Below are positions 17,305 through 26,492 of a stretch of 40,465 nucleotides of DNA, piece by piece. Every line of letters starts with the position of its first letter. The stretch's first letter is position 1. This stretch comes from a virus (lineage: Duplodnaviria; Caudoviricetes): the IMG/VR virus record IMGVR_UViG_3300038679_000219, positions 1-40,465 of that record; one strand, 5' to 3'. The translations under genes and the position numbers were made by a program. Below the pieces are notes generated by a model that searched no databases, was not told the origin of the DNA, and worked only from the letters and a program-made list of their open reading frames with translations.

Positions 17305-18156
17305 ATGACCATCGAATCAGTATTTAAACTGCCCTTCGCAGAGCAGGAATCGTTCTTTAAAAACAAGCTGAATATTCCGACCGAAAAGTGGACGGATCTC
17401 TGGAAGGATCAGCACGCAAAGGGGTTCATGATCGCGGGAGCCTACAAGGCAGACTTGCTGACCGACTTCCGGACCGCCGTGGACAAGGCCATCAGCCAGG
17501 GCATAACCCTGGAAGATTTCCGAAAGGATTTCGACAGCATCATCGCCAGGAACGGATGGTCCTACAAAGGCGGGAGGAACTGGCGAAGCGAGGTCATCTA
17601 TTCCACCAACATCCGGACGTCTTATGCAGCCGGACGGTGGCAGCAACTCCAGGATCCGGACATCCGAAAGTTTTACGGTTATCTGACCTATCGCCACGGG
17701 GACAGCCGGGTTCCGAGGCCCCACCATCTGGCTTGGAACGGGATCACACTGAAAGACGATGATCCCTGGTGGAAGACGCATTATGTGCCGAACGGCTGGG
17801 GGTGCAAGTGCAGGATCTTCGCGGCAACGAAAGAAGACTTTGACCGGGCAAAAGCGGGAGGAAAAGGAGAAGCGCCGCCCTCCCCCATCGATCCAAAGAC
17901 CGGAGAGCCGGTCGGGATCGATAAAGGATGGGGATACAACGTCGGGACGGCAACCCAGGCGAAATACGGCATCCTTGAAGGGTCTCTGGCGCGGCTTCCA
18001 GACGACATCGCCCAGGCGCTGATCAAGGAGATCGAGGCAAAGGACAAAGAGGTGGCAAAGGTCGCCAGGCGAATCCGCAGCACGGTGAAAAAGGAAAAGA
18101 AAGCAGAGGCATCGGTTGACGACACCACTCTCTGGAAAAAGGTCGAAGCCCAGTAA
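17305..18156 (+). CDS. MuF (gp30-like) head morphogenesis protein, ending at an in-frame TAA
   Basis: TNIRTSYAAGR, DSRVPRPHH and PNGWGCKC MuF motifs. Confidence 0.9.
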   Translation: MTIESVFKLPFAEQESFFKNKLNIPTEKWTDLWKDQHAKGFMIAGAYKADLLTDFRTAVDKAISQGITLEDFRKDFDSIIARNGWSYKGGRNWRSEVIYSTNIRTSYAAGRWQQLQDPDIRKFYGYLTYRHGDSRVPRPHHLAWNGITLKDDDPWWKTHYVPNGWGCKCRIFAATKEDFDRAKAGGKGEAPPSPIDPKTGEPVGIDKGWGYNVGTATQAKYGILEGSLARLPDDIAQALIKEIEAKDKEVAKVARRIRSTVKKEKKAEASVDDTTLWKKVEAQ

Positions 18157-19524
18157 GGATCGAATCCCGGAGGATTGTATGAAGCCCCGGACAAGCAGCG
18201 ATATTACGTCAAGTTTTACGCAGATGAAGGCCAGGCCCGAACAGAGTTTGCCTCCAACGCCATCCACAGGATGCTCGGCGTGGAGATGCCGGAACTGACC
18301 CTCCGGGACCTAAACGGAAAACTGGCCCTGGTGAGTAAGTGGAGGACGGATTTGAAGGCTATGAGCGCCGCCGACATGATCAGCCACCCAGGTGAAATGG
18401 CGAAGATCTTTCACGCCTCCGTCCTTACCAAGAATTGGGACGTGGTTGGCCTGGAGTTTGACAACGTCATGCTCGCCAAGAATGGACGTGTGGTCATGAT
18501 CGATGCTGGAGGGAGCTTTAAGTATCGCGCCCAGGGGGGAGCGAAAGCCTATGAAGCCGTTCCTGCCGAGGTGAAGACGTTGCGGGATGCTCAGTTGAAC
18601 CGTCAGTCGGCATCCGTCTTCAATGCCATTTTCGACAAGAATGCCTGGCTGGAGCGGGACGGTGCCGAGGATCTGCTGAAGCTGAAAAAGACGGACGTGA
18701 AAAAGGCATTTGAACAGGCTGGCTTTGCCAAAGCGGAGATAAACGATCTCACGGAGACCCTTTGGAAACGGCGTCAGGCGCTGATTGATCGTTATGATCT
18801 CGAAAACAAGATGGTTCCCCAGGGCTTCGGGAAACACCTGGCGGAATTCAAAAAATGGGGCGTCACGCGGTGGCAGCCGAACGAGGTCAACGGCCTGATC
18901 AATGGAGCCAGAGAAAGCCACTTTTTGACGGACGTGGAGGCTTTGGTCGGAAAGTTTGAAGCCTACGCGATGGCGAATATTCACAATTGGGGCCGGGGAG
19001 TGCTGCGCGGCTTATTTACTGAGTGGTCTGGAAGTTCTTCTACGAAGGGTGGAGCGACGATCAAGCTCTGGGCGGAATCCCGGTTCGGTAAGGTTACGAA
19101 ATACCATTCGGGACAGACATCGAGAGGCGAGGTTGTGACGACGTTGAAAGAGGGGCTACGAACGTCTTTGCAGCGAGCAAAACTGCCGCAGGAGACGGTA
19201 TTTTCGCTCCTCGATGCGGAGTACGAGTTTCAGCAGTACCTCATGAGGAGGCTGCACGGCTATGAGGAGATTCCGGCGGTTCGGTTCATGTCGAAAAGCG
19301 AATTTGCTTCGAATTTCAAGAAGGGTGCTTTCTCCGGGAATTCGGTCCAATCCGTGACGGTCAATGTTGACGGGTTTGGCGGATCAAAATGCGTGAGGAT
19401 GAGCATCCGCGTGGAGGATACGGTGAAAACCTATTACCAGGGTCGGAAGTACATGCATTTCGGCAAGGGCGAGTCTGAATATGTCGTCGTTGGGAGGACG
19501 GCCAGTGCAAACGTTATTCGATAA
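18157..19524 (+). pseudogene. C-terminal kinase-like plus ADP-ribosyltransferase-like extension of MuF, separated by one in-frame stop
   Basis: Same frame as 17305. Reads AQ*GSNPGGLY...YVK...NWDVVGLEFDN...IDAGG (PI3/4K/HipA-like), then R...SVQS...ESE (ART-like). Confidence 0.7.
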
Positions 19525-19804
19525 AACCGAGCTCCGCCTTCCATTCGTCAAGTTCGACCTGAACTTCAGGCGTGACGGGGAATGCCTCCAGCAGAAGGTC
19601 ATGGAGGCCGGGACAGAGGCCGCGAACCTCGGTGTAATCGGCGGCGCTGATCTGAAGTTTGCGCAAGAGGAGTCCGGTATCATGACCTTTTTCAAGAAAA
19701 TCCTCCCAGGTGCGCAGCCGGTCGACCCAGGTATAGTCACCGATTGCCGTTTCCGGGAGTGGCGTCAATGCTTCATATCGTTTTTTCAAGACGTTCTGTT
19801 CCAT
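19514..19804 (-). CDS. Hypothetical acidic protein, candidate toxin immunity
   Basis: 96 aa, convergent with and overlapping the toxin 3' end by 11 nt; last gene of the antisense operon. Confidence 0.65.
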   Translation of the reverse strand: MEQNVLKKRYEALTPLPETAIGDYTWVDRLRTWEDFLEKGHDTGLLLRKLQISAADYTEVRGLCPGLHDLLLEAFPVTPEVQVELDEWKAELGFIE

Positions 19805-19807
19805 TAT

Positions 19808-20119
19808 TCACGTCCTTTTCTGGTGCCTGTAAAGGGCCGACCACACGTCCATGCAGGCGTCATGGTACCGGTCGTCTCCGATGGAGTTCTTGAAGTTCGG
19901 ATAGTCGATTTCTTCAATCGCTGCCGACAGTTTTTCTACAACGAGAGGCCGGGGAACAAAGGCCCGGTAAAGATAATCCGCCTCCGGGGTCTTGAGAACC
20001 TTCGCTTTGGGAAACAGAGCCCGGATGTGCCCGGCAAAGCGGGATCGGACGACCATCGTTTCCGAATCGTCCCGATGTTCCACAACGGACAGAAAACCCC
20101 TGTTGGTGAAAACCCACAT
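19808..20119 (-). CDS. Conserved phage hypothetical protein
   Basis: MWVFT..GFLSVV...DYLYRAFV...IDYPNFKNS pattern; RBS GAGGAG; 3 nt from the next gene. Confidence 0.8.
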   Translation of the reverse strand: MWVFTNRGFLSVVEHRDDSETMVVRSRFAGHIRALFPKAKVLKTPEADYLYRAFVPRPLVVEKLSAAIEEIDYPNFKNSIGDDRYHDACMDVWSALYRHQKRT

Positions 20120-20130
20120 GGCTGTTGGTG

Positions 20131-20295
20131 TTACTCCTCTCGTCGTTTTGCTTCGTCGTTCTCCCGTTTGTTGTCCAGGCGGACCAGCATGCGGAGATAC
20201 GCCGACATGCTGAGACCGAGTGCTTCAGCCTTTTCGACGGCCATGCGCCTTGTTTCCGGATCGACCCGGATGGGGAGAAGCTCCGTTTTCTTCAT
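20131..20295 (-). CDS. Ribbon-helix-helix (CopG/Arc-like) regulator (54 aa; not in the ORF track)
   Basis: MKKTELLPIRVDPETRRMAVEKAEALGLSMSAYLRMLVRLDNKRENDEAKRREE: a beta strand, a helix, then a G-x-S-x-S helix. Confidence 0.8.
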   Translation of the reverse strand: MKKTELLPIRVDPETRRMAVEKAEALGLSMSAYLRMLVRLDNKRENDEAKRREE

Positions 20296-20301
20296 GGCTA
20301 T

Positions 20302-20329
20302 ATGATATACATTGTATATCGTTTGTCAA
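20302..20329 (-). promoter_or_regulatory. Sigma70-type promoter with palindromic operator driving the antisense operon
   Basis: Minus strand TTGACA (20329-20324), 16 bp, TATCAT (20307-20302); perfect palindrome GATATACA-T-TGTATATC at 20304-20320; ATG 6 nt after the -10. Confidence 0.8.
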
Positions 20330-20356
20330 GCGTTTTTTTGAAAGGCAAGAGGGAAA

Positions 20357-20890
20357 ATGCCGGAAATTAGAATCACCGTTCATGACGAATCCGTCAACAA
20401 GGCGCTGAACGATCTGGCCGGAAAGGTCAAGGACCCGTCTCCGGTCATGAAGATCATTGGGGAATACATGCTGCGGTCGACGGAAAATCGTTTCGACACC
20501 CAGGGACCGTCACCGGACGGATCGCCGTGGGCACCGCTGAAAGCGTCGACGCTGAAACGAAAGAAGCACAGCAAGATATTGACTGAATCCGGACATTTGC
20601 GTGGGAGTATCCGCTATCAGCTTCAAGGCCCGTCGGCTCTCGCCATTGGAACAAAGCGGGTTTATGCGGCGATTCATCAGCTGGGCGGAACGATAACACA
20701 AGCCGCCCGCAGCGAACTGTTTGTGAGAAATCGGCAGAGCGGGAAATTTTCGAAGGGAACAACGATGGGGCGTGGGTTTACGTTCAAAGAGAGGAAAATC
20801 AATATTCCCGCCAGGCCTTTTCTGGGGGTGAGCGCCCAGGACAGTACAAAGATCGTCGGAATCATTAACAATTATTTGTCGATGAGGTAA
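20357..20890 (+). CDS. Virion morphogenesis protein (Mu gpG-like)
   Basis: RF...PDGSPWAPLK...L..SG.LRGSI...YAAIHQLGG...IPARPFLG. Confidence 0.9.
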   Translation: MPEIRITVHDESVNKALNDLAGKVKDPSPVMKIIGEYMLRSTENRFDTQGPSPDGSPWAPLKASTLKRKKHSKILTESGHLRGSIRYQLQGPSALAIGTKRVYAAIHQLGGTITQAARSELFVRNRQSGKFSKGTTMGRGFTFKERKINIPARPFLGVSAQDSTKIVGIINNYLSMR

Positions 20891-20894
20891 AGCC

Positions 20895-21926
20895 ATGAAA
20901 CATCTGATCTTATCAGTTTTGAAGGAAATGACCGGTGCGCCGTCCGAGTTCCAGCTTCTTCCCTGGGGCAAAATCGAGATCGCTGGCGATGAACCGGCCT
21001 ATCTATACGACCAGGAAGCAGGGGCCCTGATCGAAGAATTCAAGAAACGCGGCAACGACATGGTCATCGATTACGAGCATCAAACGATTCAGGACGTTCA
21101 GGCACCGGCGGCCGGTTGGATCAAGCGCCTGGTCTGGAAAGGGACGGAAGGTTTGTGGGTGGCAGTTGAATGGACCAAGAAGGCGGAAGAATATCTGAAA
21201 AACCGGGAATATCGGTATTTCTCCCCGGTTTTATGGATCACGGCGAAAGATCGTAAAGTCGTGCTTCTGGAAAACGTTGCCCTCACGAACCAGCCGAAGA
21301 TTAATAACTTGAAACCGCTTATGGCCAAGATGCGCCATGACGGGAATGACAAGGGCAATCAAAATCAGGAAAGGGAGGCTATTATGATCGAGAAACTGAA
21401 GAAAATGTTTGGGTTGGCCAGTGATGCCGGGGAAGACAAGGTCGAGGAAGCGGTCACCCAGCTCGTGGCCAAGAACGCGAAACTGGAAGGAGACGCGATC
21501 AATGTCGTCGCCTGCAAAGAGGTGCTGACGGCCCTGGGAGCAAAGGAAGGAGCGGGAAAAGACGAGGTCATTCAGATCGTCGCTTCTCTCAAAGCTCCGG
21601 CGGAAGTCGCCAAGACCCTGAGCCTGGAAGTCGCGGAGCTTAAAAAGAAAATCTCCGGGATGGAGCAGGAGGACCTGATCTCCCTGGCTTTGAAGGAAGG
21701 CAAGACGAGCCCTGAGGAGCTGGACAAATGGGGACGCGACCTGGCCGGGAAAGCGCCGGAGCAGTTCAAGCAGATCGTTCTGTCCCGTCCGGCAGGAAGT
21801 GTGATCCCCGTGGACGGCATCAGGATCGCGGCGAAAGACACCCACGGCGGGATCGATGCCAATCAGAAGACCATCAACGAGATGATGGGAATCGAAGAGG
21901 AAACCTTCAAGAAATATAACAAATAA
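20895..21926 (+). CDS. Mu I-like prohead protease
   Basis: IDYEHQT, APAAGWI, EYRYFSPV and ALTNQP motifs. Confidence 0.92.
   Translation: MKHLILSVLKEMTGAPSEFQLLPWGKIEIAGDEPAYLYDQEAGALIEEFKKRGNDMVIDYEHQTIQDVQAPAAGWIKRLVWKGTEGLWVAVEWTKKAEEYLKNREYRYFSPVLWITAKDRKVVLLENVALTNQPKINNLKPLMAKMRHDGNDKGNQNQEREAIMIEKLKKMFGLASDAGEDKVEEAVTQLVAKNAKLEGDAINVVACKEVLTALGAKEGAGKDEVIQIVASLKAPAEVAKTLSLEVAELKKKISGMEQEDLISLALKEGKTSPEELDKWGRDLAGKAPEQFKQIVLSRPAGSVIPVDGIRIAAKDTHGGIDANQKTINEMMGIEEETFKKYNK
21384..21926 (+). CDS. Probable internal in-frame scaffolding protein (Mu Z-like)
   Basis: In-frame ATG 21384 preceded by AGGGAGG, just after the protease domain. Confidence 0.65.
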   Translation: MIEKLKKMFGLASDAGEDKVEEAVTQLVAKNAKLEGDAINVVACKEVLTALGAKEGAGKDEVIQIVASLKAPAEVAKTLSLEVAELKKKISGMEQEDLISLALKEGKTSPEELDKWGRDLAGKAPEQFKQIVLSRPAGSVIPVDGIRIAAKDTHGGIDANQKTINEMMGIEEETFKKYNK

Positions 21927-21956
21927 GCCAATCCCTGATGGGAAAAGGAGGATGAA

Positions 21957-23165
21957 ATGAGGAGACTAATCTGCAATTGTTTCGGAAGTGTGACGACGTT
22001 TTTTATGTTCTTTTGCGTCTGCCTGGCGGCTCTGGCAATGAAGATCTTCGGTTCGGGAGGCGAGGAACCTCTCCTGATGTTTGCCATGACGGCGCTGGCT
22101 ACAGACAAGAAAACCGAATATCGGGAAGGAGTTGACATCTCCATTCCCGTGGACGACGGAGACGTCATTTACGCCGGGGCGATGGTTAGCGTCAACGCCG
22201 CCGGGTACGCCGTAGCGGCAGGAGACACCGCCAGCACTCTCTTTGTAGGCATCTCCCGAGAACAGGCGGATAACAGCCTGGGCCTGGACGGCGCGATCAA
22301 CGTCACGGTGCGCAGGCGTGGTCTGTTCAAAATGTCCTTTGCCACGCCGATCACCATCGCCAACGTGGGCGACAGCGTCTATATCGCCGATGACCAAAAC
22401 GTCGATCTCGTCGGGAATGTCACCAACGACATCTTCGCCGGGATCATCGCCGAGTACATTGATACGACCCACGCTTGGATCGATATCGAACCGGCGATCA
22501 GGCAGTCGGATGCGGCCGCCCATATAGCGGACGGAAGCGCCGCCCACGCTGCCAGCGCGGTTTCCATCGTCGACGCGGGATTATTTACCGGCCAGACCGA
22601 GGTGGAGGCGGCACTCCAGGAGATCTACCAGAGCCTGCTTACCGCCAAAGGAGTCATCAACATTCCCACAAACTATTTCTCCGCCGCAGGAGTTGCCCTG
22701 GCTGCCTTCGCCGATGGCGCCAGCGATGTTCCCGGATTTTGCGTCACAGCAAAAGGGATGGGCGTTCGCTGGAACAACCACGCAGCCCCTCTCGCTGTCG
22801 CCGCCAAAGTGATCGTTCCCCCCGATGCCGACATCACGGCCAACATGACGCTGCATGTCCTGGCGGCCAAAACCGGCGCGACGATCGGCGATGCCACCAA
22901 GTTTACCGTGGCGGCCTACAACAACGTAGTCGATGCGGTATACGACGCCGATGCGGATTTCGGCGGCGACTCCAGCGCCATGACCGGGGATGCCGTTGCC
23001 AAGACGGTCCAGCACGAGACGCTCACCCTCGCCCTGGCCAATCTTGCCGCTTACCCGGCAGCGATTGAGCTGACCATCAAACCGAAAGACGGGACCCTCG
23101 GCACGGATGACGTGATCATGCTGGCAGCCTGGATCGAATACAAGAAGAAGCTGCTGACGGCGTAA
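21957..23165 (+). CDS. Head decoration/capsid cement-like protein with N-terminal hydrophobic leader and C-terminal extension
   Basis: Lies between the protease and the major capsid protein; the decoration-like domain begins MTALATDKKT (22086). Confidence 0.65.
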   Translation: MRRLICNCFGSVTTFFMFFCVCLAALAMKIFGSGGEEPLLMFAMTALATDKKTEYREGVDISIPVDDGDVIYAGAMVSVNAAGYAVAAGDTASTLFVGISREQADNSLGLDGAINVTVRRRGLFKMSFATPITIANVGDSVYIADDQNVDLVGNVTNDIFAGIIAEYIDTTHAWIDIEPAIRQSDAAAHIADGSAAHAASAVSIVDAGLFTGQTEVEAALQEIYQSLLTAKGVINIPTNYFSAAGVALAAFADGASDVPGFCVTAKGMGVRWNNHAAPLAVAAKVIVPPDADITANMTLHVLAAKTGATIGDATKFTVAAYNNVVDAVYDADADFGGDSSAMTGDAVAKTVQHETLTLALANLAAYPAAIELTIKPKDGTLGTDDVIMLAAWIEYKKKLLTA

Positions 23166-23224
23166 CATAACCCATGAACGGGGGGGAGAACGCTCCCCCA
23201 CACACAAAAGAAGGAGGACACAAC

Positions 23225-24103
23225 ATGATTGTCAATCAAGCGAATTTGCAGGGAATTTATAAGTCGTTCAGCACCGTTTTCAACCAGGCGTTTGACGCGG
23301 CTGCAAGCCAGTGGCTCCTGGTGGCCATGCAGACGCCCTCCACCGGACGGAGCGTCGATTACAAATGGCTGGGCGATTTCCCCATGATGCGGGAATGGCT
23401 GGGCGACAGGGTTCTGAAGGATCTCAGCGCCTTCAAGTACGAAATCACCAACAAGGACTACGAGTCGACCGTCGAGGTGGATCGGAATGACGTCGAAGAC
23501 GATCAGATCGGCGTCTATACGCCCATGATTCAGGGACTGGCACAGGCGGCAAAGGTGCACCCTGACATCTTGGTCTTCGCCCTCCTCAAAGCCGGTTTTG
23601 CCACGGCATGCTTCGACGGGCAGTATTTCTTCGACACCGACCATTCCGTCAATGGAGCGTCGGTGGCCAACAGCGGCGGTGGAGCAGGGACCCCCTGGTA
23701 CCTCCTCGATCTGTCCCGCCCCATCAAGCCGATTGTTCTGCAGATCCGGAAGCGGCCCCAGTTTGTGGCGATGGACAGGCCGGACGACGAGAACGTTTTC
23801 ATGCGGAAGAAGTTCCGGTACGGCGTCGATGACCGGAAAAACGTCGGCTACGGCCTGTGGCAGCTTGCCTACGGCAGCAAGCAGACCTTGAATGCCACGT
23901 ACTATGCGGCAGCCAGGGCGGCCATGATGGGCTTCACCAACGACGAAGGCGTTCCGCTCGGTATCATGCCGACCCATTTGGTCGTTCCGCCGACCCTGGA
24001 GTCCTATGGTCGTTCCGTCGTGGAAGCGCAGTTCGATTCCACCGGGGCGAGCAACGTCTGGTTTGGCACGGCGAAGCTCGTGGTCGTGCCCTGGTTGGCA
24101 TAA
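23225..24103 (+). CDS. Major capsid protein (Mu gpT-like)
   Basis: YKWLGDFPMMREWLGDR, DDQIGVY, CFDGQYFFDTDH and GYGLWQLAY motifs. Confidence 0.95.
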   Translation: MIVNQANLQGIYKSFSTVFNQAFDAAASQWLLVAMQTPSTGRSVDYKWLGDFPMMREWLGDRVLKDLSAFKYEITNKDYESTVEVDRNDVEDDQIGVYTPMIQGLAQAAKVHPDILVFALLKAGFATACFDGQYFFDTDHSVNGASVANSGGGAGTPWYLLDLSRPIKPIVLQIRKRPQFVAMDRPDDENVFMRKKFRYGVDDRKNVGYGLWQLAYGSKQTLNATYYAAARAAMMGFTNDEGVPLGIMPTHLVVPPTLESYGRSVVEAQFDSTGASNVWFGTAKLVVVPWLA

Positions 24104-24123
24104 GGGTCTTTCAAAATGTTATC

Positions 24124-24159
24124 TCCCTGTGCCTCCCGTGAAACTGGGAGGCACAGGGA
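24124..24159 (+). other. Strong hairpin downstream of the major capsid gene
   Basis: TCCCTGTGCCTCCC / GGGAGGCACAGGGA, a 14-bp perfect stem with an 8-nt loop and no U tract. Confidence 0.7.
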
Positions 24160-24179
24160 AAACCTGAAGGAGAGCGAAA

Positions 24180-24428
24180 ATGATCCGAATCAAAAGCAAA
24201 AAAGCGGGGTTCAGGCGATGCGGTGTTTCCCATCCGGCAGAGGTTATCGAATACCCGGACGAGCGTTTTACGAAGGAAGATCTGAAGACGCTCCAGAGCG
24301 AACCGATGCTGGTCGTGGAGATCGTGAAGGAGAAAAAGGAAGACCCGCCTGAAAGCCCCGGTGAGGCGGCGGAAGCGGCTGACAGCGGCAAAGAATCGGT
24401 CAAAACCGGGAAGAAAGGCAAACGGTAA
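24180..24428 (+). CDS. HI1506-like (Mu gp35-like) protein
   Basis: IRIKSKKAGFRRCG...L..EPMLVV. Confidence 0.8.
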   Translation: MIRIKSKKAGFRRCGVSHPAEVIEYPDERFTKEDLKTLQSEPMLVVEIVKEKKEDPPESPGEAAEAADSGKESVKTGKKGKR

Positions 24429-24853
24429 TGTCCTATTGCATCCAAGACGATATCCTGAGTCTGCTCAATGAAACAACGCTGATCCATTTGACGGACGACG
24501 ATGGTGCGGGTGAAATTGACGACGATAAGGTCACCCGTGCCATCGCCGATGCAGACGCCACCATCGACGCATATTGCCAGGATCGTTATAGTATCCCTCT
24601 ATCGCCGGTTCCTCCGAAGATTCGCCAGATCAGCGTGGATATAGCGGCCTACAACCTCTATTCCCGGAGTGATCTCCCCATGCCCGACATCCGGTCGGAC
24701 AGGAATAAAGAGGCGATTCGCTTCCTGGAAAAAGTGGCGGACGGGAGAATCAAGCTCGGCGCGGAGACGCCTTCGCCTGCCAATACGGATAACACTGTGA
24801 ACGTTGATTCCAACGCCCGGATTTTTAGCCGGGAGAAGATGTCGGGGTTCTAA
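24428..24853 (+). CDS. Head-tail adaptor (DUF1320, Mu gp36-like)
   Basis: MSYC...LTD...AIADADATIDAY...RY..PL...DIAAYNL. Confidence 0.88.
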   Translation: MSYCIQDDILSLLNETTLIHLTDDDGAGEIDDDKVTRAIADADATIDAYCQDRYSIPLSPVPPKIRQISVDIAAYNLYSRSDLPMPDIRSDRNKEAIRFLEKVADGRIKLGAETPSPANTDNTVNVDSNARIFSREKMSGF

Positions 24854-25296
24854 TGATTGAGACGATTCAGGACGACATCATTACGCAATTGCAAAAGATC
24901 ACCACCGTGGCCAGCGTCGGCGTCTGGCAGGGCGACATTGAGGATCTCCTCAAATCTCCCCAGCGCCTGCCTGCCCTGAACGTCATCTATCACGGCGCGG
25001 ATTTTGGAGAGAAAAAGGTCATCGGGACAAACCGGGCGGATCACCAGATGGACTTCCTAATCGTTCTGGTATATCGGAATCTCAAAAGCAGGGAGGCCGG
25101 TGCATCCGAAGCCTACACGATCATCGAGGCGGTCAGAAACTATCTCATCGGCCACCAGATCAGCCCTTATGGGTGGCTCTGGCCTGTCAGGGAGGATCTG
25201 GTGACGGCTGAGGGTGGGCTGCTGGTTTATGGCCTTAATTATCGTCTGAAGACGAATGTCATCGCAACTGAGCCGGTCCCTGAACCGGAACCGTAA
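24853..25296 (+). CDS. Tail completion/terminator protein (Mu gp37-like)
   Basis: Synteny; MIETIQDDII...LPALNVIYHG. Confidence 0.7.
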   Translation: MIETIQDDIITQLQKITTVASVGVWQGDIEDLLKSPQRLPALNVIYHGADFGEKKVIGTNRADHQMDFLIVLVYRNLKSREAGASEAYTIIEAVRNYLIGHQISPYGWLWPVREDLVTAEGGLLVYGLNYRLKTNVIATEPVPEPEP

Positions 25297-25307
25297 AAGG
25301 AGGATCT

Positions 25308-25502
25308 ATGAAAAAACTATATTATGACGAAGGTCCGAAAATCATGGGCTGCGGCGTCGCCGGGCAGTTCAAGATCGGCGTCCCGAAAGAGGTACCTGAC
25401 GATCTGGCGGAAGTCCTGCTCCGCAAGGGGAGGTTGAAGGAATTCCAGGAAAATCAGCCGGAGTTTGTATCCGGCAAAGGCAAGAAGGGAAAGGAGGAAT
25501 AA
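25308..25502 (+). CDS. Small hypothetical tail-region protein
   Basis: RBS AAGGAGG; 64 aa. Confidence 0.65.
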   Translation: MKKLYYDEGPKIMGCGVAGQFKIGVPKEVPDDLAEVLLRKGRLKEFQENQPEFVSGKGKKGKEE

Positions 25503-25505
25503 CCC

Positions 25506-26474
25506 ATGTCTCAGCAATCAGGCGCTAACGCCGTATTGATATTCGACACGGAAGCCACATACAAGACCACGCCGACCCCGGACGCACACGTGCTGCCGTT
25601 TACGAGCGAATCTCTCCGGCTGAGCCGAAATCTCGTATCGTCCAATACGATTCGTTCGAACCGCAATCCCCAGGCCCCTGTCCGGGGAAACGTGGACGTT
25701 GCAGGGGATATCAATTTCGAGCTTACCCCGCAGTACGGGAAGCTCTTCAAGCACATCTTTGGAGGCTACGGCGTTGCGGGAGGTCCGGCCCCCTACACGC
25801 ATACCTACAAGATCGGCGCGCTTCCCGTCGGAATGTGCATCGAGAAGCAGTTCACGGATCTGGCCACTGACAAGTACTTCCTCTACAACGGATGCCGGGT
25901 GAACAGCTTCAAACTGTCTGCCAAACCGGAGGGGATGATCGAGTGCTCCGTCTCCATCATGGGAGCGAAAGAGACCGTCGGAGCGGCCACCTTCGATGCC
26001 ACGGCGACCGACAACGGCCATACGCCGTTTGACGGCTTTTCTGGGTCTATCCAGCGCGGCGGATCTTCCCTGGGAACGGTCACCGAGATCGATTTCACCC
26101 TGGATAACGCCCTGGACGGGAACACTTACGTCATCGATGGTACGGGCCAGCGCTACAGCCTTCCGGAAGGAAAGGCGAAGGTGACCGGTACCGCCAAAAT
26201 CCTCTTCGAGGACGACGTGCTTTACGCCCTGGCCATTGCTCATACCGAGACGACCCTGGAACTGCATTTTACGAAGGGCGCGGGAACGGGTGCGTCGGCA
26301 GGCAACGAAAAGATGAGCTTCTACCTCGATGAGGCCATTTTCAAGCCTCAGTCCCCGGTGATCTCAGGACCGACGGGCCTGCTGGTGGAGCTTCCTTTTG
26401 AAGGCTTCTACAACGACGATGCCGATGCTTCGGCCCTGCGGATGGTGCTTTTGAGCCCGATAGCGACATTCTAA
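25506..26474 (+). CDS. Major tail tube protein (non-contractile tail)
   Basis: E..Y.TTP...LPFTSESL...GDINFEL...YNGCRVN; no sheath gene in the window. Confidence 0.82.
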   Translation: MSQQSGANAVLIFDTEATYKTTPTPDAHVLPFTSESLRLSRNLVSSNTIRSNRNPQAPVRGNVDVAGDINFELTPQYGKLFKHIFGGYGVAGGPAPYTHTYKIGALPVGMCIEKQFTDLATDKYFLYNGCRVNSFKLSAKPEGMIECSVSIMGAKETVGAATFDATATDNGHTPFDGFSGSIQRGGSSLGTVTEIDFTLDNALDGNTYVIDGTGQRYSLPEGKAKVTGTAKILFEDDVLYALAIAHTETTLELHFTKGAGTGASAGNEKMSFYLDEAIFKPQSPVISGPTGLLVELPFEGFYNDDADASALRMVLLSPIATF

Positions 26475-26492
26475 GCCCAGAAAGGATGCAAC

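Noticed and set aside
18175-19524. Independent gene starting at TTG 18175
   Set aside because: GGAGGA abuts the TTG with no spacing, and the conserved GSNPGG motif lies upstream of it, so a stop-interrupted fusion fits better.
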